From the NCBI GenBank assembly GCA_046726415.1, contig JBKPAK010000318.1, forward strand, positions 1 to 12,078: a stretch of 12,078 bases of DNA, given 5' to 3'. The notes under the pieces are model-generated. The model ran no database searches. It was not told where the DNA came from and was given only the letters and a program-made list of their open reading frames with translations. The first letter of the stretch is position 1, and each line of letters opens with the position of its first letter. This stretch comes from Candidatus Methylomirabilota bacterium. GTDB taxonomy: Bacteria; Methylomirabilota; Methylomirabilia; Rokubacteriales; CSP1-6. A program made the position numbers and the translations under genes. Of this stretch, positions 6,410 through 12,078 are shown in pieces.

Positions 6410-8012
6410 ATGTTTGGGCTTCATCGTGAGGCGGAGCGCGGCAAGGCGCTTGCCCCAAGTTACGACTACGTGATCGTCGGCGCCGGTTCAGCGGGTGCGT
6501 GGTCGCGCGTCGCCTGCTGGACGGCGCCGACGCCACCGTCCTCCTGCTCGAAGCAGGCGGCTCGGACGAAGGTGTCAAAAGCATCTCGAACCCGCCGCAG
6601 TGGGTCGAGAACCTCGGCTCGCCATACGACTGGGCCTACCGTTATGAATCGAGCCCGCACGTCGATCATCGCTCCATCCCCTTGGCGCTCGGCAAGGTGC
6701 TCGGCGGATCGGGAAGCATCAATGCCTTGGGGTGGGCCCGCGGCAACCGGGCCGACTACGACGCCTGGGCGGAGGCCGGCAATGCCGGCTGGGACTTCAA
6801 CTCCGTCTTGCCCCCGTTCAAGAAATCGGAGGACTGGGAGGGCGGAGCCGGTGCATTCCGCGGCGCCGGAGGCCCGATCCGCGTCGAGCGCGCCAGGAAT
6901 CTCCACCCGGTGGCGGCCGCGCTCATGGACGCCGGTAGGTCCTATGGGATGCCCTACCTCGACGACATGAATGTTCCCGAGCCCGAGGGGGTCGGCCCCA
7001 TGAACCTGAACGTCCGCGACGGCACGCGCTGCAGCCCGTCGCGCGCCTACCTATGGCCGGTGATGGGCAACAAGAACCTGACGGTCCTGACCGAGGCGCA
7101 GGTGGTCAAGCTGGCGCTCAGCGGCACGCGCTGCGCCGCCATCGAGTTTCTGCGGGATGGCAAGCTGCATTCCGTCGGCGCAGCCAGGGAGGTGATCCTG
7201 TGCGCCGGGGCGATCCATACGCCGCGAGTCCTCTTGCTGTCCGGCATCGGCCCGCAGGACGACCTCGAACGACTTGGCATCGACATCGTCGTCGATCTCC
7301 CTGGGGTGGGAGGGAACCTCCAGGACCACCCCCTAGCGGCCGGTCTCTGCTTCGAGGCCAAGTGCTCGCTGCCCCCGCCGAATAACAACCTCGGTGGGAG
7401 CGCTGCCCTCTGGAAAAGCCGCTCTGCGCTCGCCAGGCCAGATCTGATGTTCCTGCCCCGCAATTCCCCTTTGTCTCGAACGAGATCGGCGCTCAGTGCG
7501 CCTTCCCGCCTAATACCTTCAGCATCGTGCCAGCCCTGGTGCGGCCCCGGAGTCGAGGCTATTTGCGGATGAAGACCGCGGAGCCCAACGGCCCGCTGGA
7601 GATCCAACCCAACTTCCTGTCGGAACAGGCCGACCTCGACGCCCTGGTGGCCGGCATCGAGCTGGGGTTCGACATCGCTTCGCAGCCGGCGTTCCGCCAC
7701 CTGATCAAACGCTGGCTCGTCCCGCCCAAGCGAATCAGCCGGCCAGATACCGTGGCGTTTGTTCGCCGGTCGTGTTCGAACTATTTCCACCCGGTCGGCA
7801 CCTGCGCCATGGGGTCTGGCCGGGAAGCGGTGGTAGACGCCGAGCTGCGCGTCCGCGGCGTCGAGGGCCTGCGGATCGCCGACGCCTCGGTCATGCCGAC
7901 GATCCCCTCGGCCAACACCAACGCACCGGTGGTCATGATCGGAGAGTTCGCGTCACGGCTGCTGGTGGCCCGCGGAGTGACAGCGGGTGAGTTCGTCCTC
8001 AGTCCGCGCTAA
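6410..8012 (+). pseudogene. GMC family (choline dehydrogenase-like) FAD oxidoreductase with two frameshifts
   Basis: RBS AAGGAGG, ATG 6410, YDYVIVGAGSAG; 1-nt loss at about 6495 (GG-TGC-GTG = GCVVARRL); GKVLGGSGSIN, LLSGIGP, VGGNLQDHP; second 1-nt loss at about 7456-7460; HPVGTCAMG, LRIADASVMP, NTNAP. About 534 aa if repaired. Sequencing error is not excluded. Confidence 0.88.
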
Positions 8013-8015
8013 CAA

Positions 8016-8047
8016 TTCCGGCTCGCGGGAGTTGCCACGAGCCGGGA
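8016..8047 (+). terminator. Stem-loop directly after the GMC stop
   Basis: TTCCGGCTCG (8016-8025) pairs with CGAGCCGGGA (8038-8047), one G-U; no U tract, so terminator function is uncertain. Confidence 0.35.
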
Positions 8048-8402
8048 GCGTGGGCGATCACCACGGGACTCGCACTCCAGTCGCCCTTGAGATGCAGCGA
8101 CCGCGGAATCGGTGACAGTGGTTGAAGCGCCTCGGCGTCGGCCGAGCTGAGGGCCGTGGCATCCCAACGGGAGTCGGCTGGCATCCCAGGCAAGTCCCGC
8201 CAAATCGATTGACGACATCGGCGAATCCTCGTTCTCGAATCCGTCCCCATCTTTCGACACGCCGCGCTCGGTCTGGACACACTGGTCGCCGATGACCCAG
8301 ATGACGTAGTCTCGGAGGACGTCCCCGATTGCGACACCGCACCGGGCTATGAGAGACCTTGCGGGAGGATAAGCCGACCTTCCCCGTGTGGAGGAGATTC
8401 CG

Positions 8403-8840
8403 ATGGCGGAGTACATCCCCAGTCCCCGAGAGTGGGTGCGCGATCAGGTCGAGCTCTACGAGCAGAGTGGTGGAACCGAAGGTACCACGCTTCGCGACAC
8501 CGGGCTGCCGGTGATCATCGTGACGCACACCGGCAACAAGACCGGCGCGATTCGCAAGACTCCACTGATGCGGGTCAAGGACGGGGCCAACTACATCCTC
8601 GTGGGCTCGCTTGGCGGGGCCCCGAAAGACCCGGTGTGGGTTTACAACTTGCGCGCCAATCCGGCCATCGAGATCCGCGATCACACCGCGGTGCAGCCGA
8701 TGCGGGTCCGCCAAGTGGAGGACGAGGCCGAACGGGCGCGGCTCTGGGAGCTCGCCGTCTCGGCGTATCCTCCGTACGCGGACTACCAGGCGCGGACCAC
8801 GCGGCGGATCCCGATCTTCGTCGCAGAGCATCGAACCTAG
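8403..8840 (+). CDS. Nitroreductase family deazaflavin (F420)-dependent oxidoreductase, Ddn/DUF385-like
   Basis: RBS GGAGGAG then ATG 8403; WVRDQVELYE..GG.EG, TGNKTGAIRKTPL, SLGGAPKDPVWVYNLRANP, YADYQARTTRRIPIFV. Confidence 0.93.
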   Translation: MAEYIPSPREWVRDQVELYEQSGGTEGTTLRDTGLPVIIVTHTGNKTGAIRKTPLMRVKDGANYILVGSLGGAPKDPVWVYNLRANPAIEIRDHTAVQPMRVRQVEDEAERARLWELAVSAYPPYADYQARTTRRIPIFVAEHRT

Positions 8841-8869
8841 CTGAAGCGGAAGGGGTCAGCGCGGCCGGT

Positions 8870-9262
8870 GGGTCGCCGCCGGGGCATGCTGGCCAAACGA
8901 ACGTGATCAATCCCTGATCTGGACGCGACCTCGAGGGCCGCACCTCCAGGATCTCGCTCTCGATGCGCAACTCATCCCCGGGGTCGCACGGGTCGTGGCC
9001 ATCGGAGCTCGTCGGCCCCGGCGCCGACGATGCCGCCGGCGGTTTGAGGTCGCTTTCGACGAGGAGCCGCATGGTGACCGCAGCCGTGTGCCGGCCACTG
9101 GCGGCCAGTCCTTGGAAGATCGCCTCGCGCGCGGCGTCCTCGTCGAGATGGAATGGCTGCGGATCGAACTCGGCGTCAAACGTCTCGTCGATCGGCAGCC
9201 GACCGGAGCGAAACGTCTGGCCGACCGCGAAGTCTTCGAAATATCGGCCGGTCGGTTTTCAT
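8870..9262 (-). pseudogene. MaoC-family dehydratase (hot-dog fold) with multiple lesions
   Basis: ATG 9262 overlaps the MATE stop (ATGA). Pieces across frames: RYFEDFAVGQTFRSG, AEFDPQPFHLDEDAA...FQGLAASGRHTAAVTMRLLV, GGIVGAGADELRWPRPVRP, GDELRIESEILEVRPSRSRPDQGLI. Frameshifts at about 9257, 9041 and 8980; C-terminus eroded, so the left boundary is approximate. Confidence 0.85.
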
Positions 9263-10761
9263 TGATCTCCCTCATGCGCGAGAACGTGCGGTCGTCGCCA
9301 GACGAGCGGGCCGAACCAGGCGCCGGTCGCGACCGCCCCGGCGGTCATCAGCCCGAACGCGGCAAGCGCCGCGCCGAGCGCGAGGAAGACGGACGAGATG
9401 TCGGCGCTCCATCGCAGGGCCAGCCAGCCACCGCCGACCGCGATGGCAAGGCGCGTCAGGTTTGCGAGCAGTGGCCAGAGCAGCCGTCCTGCGCCCTGCG
9501 ACGCGAAGTACAGCGCCATGCCGAGCCCGAACAGGCCGTAGAACGGGCCGACCGCGTGGAGATAACGCGAGCCGGCGTGAAGCATGGCCGGGTCCGTATC
9601 GAACAACGCGAGCCACGCGTGGGGGAAAGCGGCCGCAGCGAGCCCGATGACCTCGGTGAGGCCCGCAGCCATCCCGGCGCCGATCCAGGCCGCGCGCAGC
9701 GCGCAGTTACGCTGGCCCGCACCGATGTTGGTTCCCACCACGGCGACGAGCGGGCCACCGAGCCCGAACACGAGTGGGACCAGCAGGTACTCGAGGCGGG
9801 AGCCGGTCCCGTAACCGGCGATCGCGGCGGGTCCGAAGTGGCCGACGAAGCCGGTGGCGATCGCGATCGTGAGATTCGTCTGGATGGTGATCAGGGCAGC
9901 GACCGCACCCACTTGCAGAATGTCGCGGAAGAGCGGCCAGCGGAGGCGGAGGCCAACGCAGGAAAGACGAACGACGCTGCGCCCCGCGCAAAGATAAGCC
10001 ACCAAGGCGATGCTTCCGATGACGTAATAGGCGATGACCGCGACGGCGCCGCCGGCGATGCCGAGACGCGGGAACGGTCCCCAGCCGAAGATGAGGCACG
10101 GGGACAGGGGGATCAGCGCCGCAGCACCGACCGATGTGACCACGGCCGGGACCGCCATGTTGCCCGTGCCGCGGATCACGTTGGCCAGCGAGTTGAAGAC
10201 CCAGATCAGGATCGCGCCCGCGAAGACCACATCGGAATAGGTCAGTGCCGCGGTGAGGCTGGCGCCGCGGCCGCCCATCGCGCGGTAGAGCCATCGGCCG
10301 CCGGCCAGCATGGTGATCATGAAGAGGAGGCCAAAACCGACGGCGATGACGAGCGCGTGGACGACCAGCGCATTGGCGTCGCGGCGACGTCCGGCGCCGA
10401 GCGCCCGGGCAATCGCGGACGAGATTCCACCACCCATGGCCCCCGCCGACATCATCTGCATGAGCATGAGTACGGGGAAGACCAGCGCGACGCCGGCCAG
10501 GGCATCGGTGCCGAGCTTGGCGATGAAGTACGTCTCGATGAGTCCGACGGAGGCCTGCACGAACATGACCAGCACGTTGGGCGTGGCGAGCCGCAGGAGC
10601 GTGCTCACCATCGGCCCTTCGAGGAGGACGCGAGTTCGCGGGTCGAACGGCGGCTGGGTTGCCGCCGGCGCGGCGTCTTCGGGTCGAGAGCCAACGTCGG
10701 CACGCTCGGCGCTGCCGTTCTGGGACATCACGACGTCAGGACTTCGCACCTGGGCTTCCAT
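9259..10761 (-). CDS. MATE family efflux transporter
   Basis: 500-aa polytopic membrane protein; LLRLATPN, LGTDALAG, ISSAIARALGAG, RGTGNMAVP, PRLGIAGGA, FGPAAIAGYG, VGTNIGAG. Exact start uncertain. Confidence 0.93.
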   Translation of the reverse strand: MEAQVRSPDVVMSQNGSAERADVGSRPEDAAPAATQPPFDPRTRVLLEGPMVSTLLRLATPNVLVMFVQASVGLIETYFIAKLGTDALAGVALVFPVLMLMQMMSAGAMGGGISSAIARALGAGRRRDANALVVHALVIAVGFGLLFMITMLAGGRWLYRAMGGRGASLTAALTYSDVVFAGAILIWVFNSLANVIRGTGNMAVPAVVTSVGAAALIPLSPCLIFGWGPFPRLGIAGGAVAVIAYYVIGSIALVAYLCAGRSVVRLSCVGLRLRWPLFRDILQVGAVAALITIQTNLTIAIATGFVGHFGPAAIAGYGTGSRLEYLLVPLVFGLGGPLVAVVGTNIGAGQRNCALRAAWIGAGMAAGLTEVIGLAAAAFPHAWLALFDTDPAMLHAGSRYLHAVGPFYGLFGLGMALYFASQGAGRLLWPLLANLTRLAIAVGGGWLALRWSADISSVFLALGAALAAFGLMTAGAVATGAWFGPLVWRRPHVLAHEGDQ

Positions 10762-10801
10762 GGATTGCGCCTTGTTTTCCGGGCGAGCGCCTATCTGGTT
10801 C

Positions 10802-10975
10802 TCACACCGGCAGTGCCGAGCGCGGAGCGTGGGCGGCTTCGTCGATGCGGACGGGTAATGAACCGACAGACATGCGGCCGACCTTGCGGACGGCGTGGAC
10901 GCTCACCGAGGCGCCGTTGCGCAATGTCACGCCCTGCTCGCGGTCGACGAGGTATCGTGGGATCTCGACCGCCAT
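10802..10975 (-). pseudogene. 57-codon ORF, probable N-terminal remnant of a GNAT / Pat-type acetyltransferase
   Basis: MAVEIPRYLVDREQGVTLRNGASVSVHAVR resembles the YP...VxLRDGxxVxIRPxR start of such GNAT domains, then similarity stops. Starts 12 nt after the thioredoxin stop. Confidence 0.35.
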
Positions 10976-10987
10976 GCCGCCGCTGTT

Positions 10988-11341
10988 TCAGGCTCGGGCG
11001 TTGACGATGGCCTGCCGCACGGCGTTGGGCGCTGCACCGACGACCCGATCGACGATCGCGCCCTCCCTGAAGAACACGATCGTCGGAATGGACTGGATCC
11101 CGAAGCGCGCCGCCAACCCCGGATTCTCGTCGACGTTGACCTTCAGCAGCGTCACCCGACCGTCCGAGGCCTCGGCCAGCTCCTCGAGGACGGGCGCGAT
11201 CGCCCGACACGGACCGCACCACTCGGCCCAGAAGTCGACCATCACGAGACCCGGAGTCGCGACCAGCACCTCATCGAAGTTCTGCTCGGTCAGGTGGTTC
11301 GTGTCGGCCACTCCGCCATTGAGTTTCGGGCTCGGACTCAT
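10988..11341 (-). CDS. trxA: Thioredoxin
   Basis: AGGAGG (11351-11356) 9 nt before ATG 11341; VMVDFWAEWCGPCR, KVNVDENP, IQSIPT; 117 aa. Confidence 0.93.
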   Translation of the reverse strand: MSPSPKLNGGVADTNHLTEQNFDEVLVATPGLVMVDFWAEWCGPCRAIAPVLEELAEASDGRVTLLKVNVDENPGLAARFGIQSIPTIVFFREGAIVDRVVGAAPNAVRQAIVNARA

Positions 11342-11398
11342 CCTTGATTTCCTCCTGTCTACTAGGATGTCGGTCTGAGCCAGCAGGATTCGCGACTC

Positions 11399-11421
11399 GC
11401 ATGTAGATGCATGTAGAATGC
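11399..11421. promoter_or_regulatory. Tandem repeat / imperfect palindrome, candidate operator for the trx-MATE-MaoC run
   Basis: GCATGTAGA at 11399-11407 and 11409-11417 (10-bp period) around ATGCAT, about 60 nt upstream of the trx ATG; minus-strand CATTCT could be a -10. Confidence 0.4.
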
Positions 11422-11800
11422 TGACGGCACCTCGTAGTCGGCGAGCCCATCGGGGAGGACGCCGAAGGCCACCCCAACGAAGTTGACTGATCCGCGCAGA
11501 AACGCGATCTTGTCGCGGCGGACGCACGCCTAGGTGCGGCGAGCCTGACGCGGCTGCAGGACGAGCTCGCCATGACCAGACTCCCCTGACCCGCAGCCTC
11601 GGCTCGTGGAGCGCGATGGGGTATCGAGCGGGCGTCGCCCCCGACGGGCGGCTCCAGACGATGCGGCCCACCGAGAACCGAAGACGAAGCTTGGAAGTCG
11701 CGCGGCCTCGCGCACGCGTCCGCGCTTCCGCACGGTCGACGAACAGGCCTCCACGAAGGTTGCCAGCCGACGCGACCCACCAGGCGGAGGCGCTGTATTA

Positions 11801-11812
11801 TTCATATATGAA
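11801..11812. promoter_or_regulatory. Perfect palindrome TTCATATATGAA over the MarR start codon, candidate autoregulatory operator
   Basis: AT-rich 12-bp palindrome in GC-rich DNA; -10-like TATTAT at 11796-11801; ATG at 11808. Confidence 0.65.
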
Positions 11813-12078
11813 CAAAACGGTCAAGGCGGCGCCAGTGGCGCTCGTCTCACTGCTGCATGCGGCCTACGCCGCTCAGGCCGAGATCGAGACGAAGCTCAGC
11901 GTGGTCGGCTTGTCGTTGGCCAAACTGCTGGCGTTGCAGACGCTGGCCGACGCCGGTGAGTCGCTGCCGCTCGGCCGACTGGCGGAACGCCTCTCCTGTG
12001 TGAAATCGAATATCACGCAACTGGTCGATCGCCTCGAGGCGGATGGCTTCGTCGCGCGGGAACCAGACCCCGAGGATC
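11808..12078 (+). CDS. MarR-family transcriptional regulator, runs off the right edge
   Basis: Not in the ORF track. MNKTVKAAPVALVSLLHAAYAAQAEIETKLSVVGLSLAKLLALQTLADAGESLPLGRLAERLSCVKSNITQLVDRLEADGFVAREPDPED: winged HTH with ITQLVDRLE..G.V.R..DP.D. Confidence 0.88.
   Translation, partial: MNKTVKAAPVALVSLLHAAYAAQAEIETKLSVVGLSLAKLLALQTLADAGESLPLGRLAERLSCVKSNITQLVDRLEADGFVAREPDPED

Noticed and set aside
8007..8056. attC interpretation of the hairpin after the GMC stop (CGCTAAC...GTGGGCG)
   Set aside because: No extrahelical bases or L boxes and no GTT; kept only as a generic stem-loop.
8830..8850. attC-like left half at the Ddn stop (TCGAAC-CTA-GCTGAAGCGGA)
   Set aside because: Wrong spacer length and no matching right arm.
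8995..11004. 669-aa plus-strand ORF
   Set aside because: Antisense shadow of the MATE gene in high-GC DNA; low-complexity R/G/D/A composition.
11342..11671. 110-aa N-terminal extension of thioredoxin in the ORF track
   Set aside because: Low-complexity; a strong RBS supports ATG 11341.
1..12078. CRISPR array, tRNA (including selC), rRNA, transposase or integrase
   Set aside because: No regularly spaced repeats, cloverleaf or recombinase motifs seen by eye.

Overview
High-GC bacterial accessory region with a metal, redox and stress theme, in which many genes are decaying. Left to right: a partial TerB-like gene (-, absent from the ORF track); a Tat-exported DUF411/CopG-type metal-binding protein whose first CxCC cysteine codon is an in-frame TGA followed by a SECIS-like hairpin (candidate selenoprotein, the top finding); a three-Cys MerR-family regulator with a typical 19-bp-spacer dyad promoter that has no recognisable metal-resistance target; a GNAT, a small hypothetical and an SRPBCC gene separated by two degenerate attC-like sites (probable decayed integron cassette array, no integrase in the window); a 5'-broken HAD hydrolase; Dps; a fragment of a Ddn-like gene; a twice-frameshifted GMC oxidoreductase; an intact Ddn-family F420-dependent oxidoreductase; a minus-strand thioredoxin / fragment / MATE / MaoC-pseudogene run; and a partial, probably leaderless MarR gene with a palindrome over its start codon. 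Family calls come from motif recognition by eye, not database searches.
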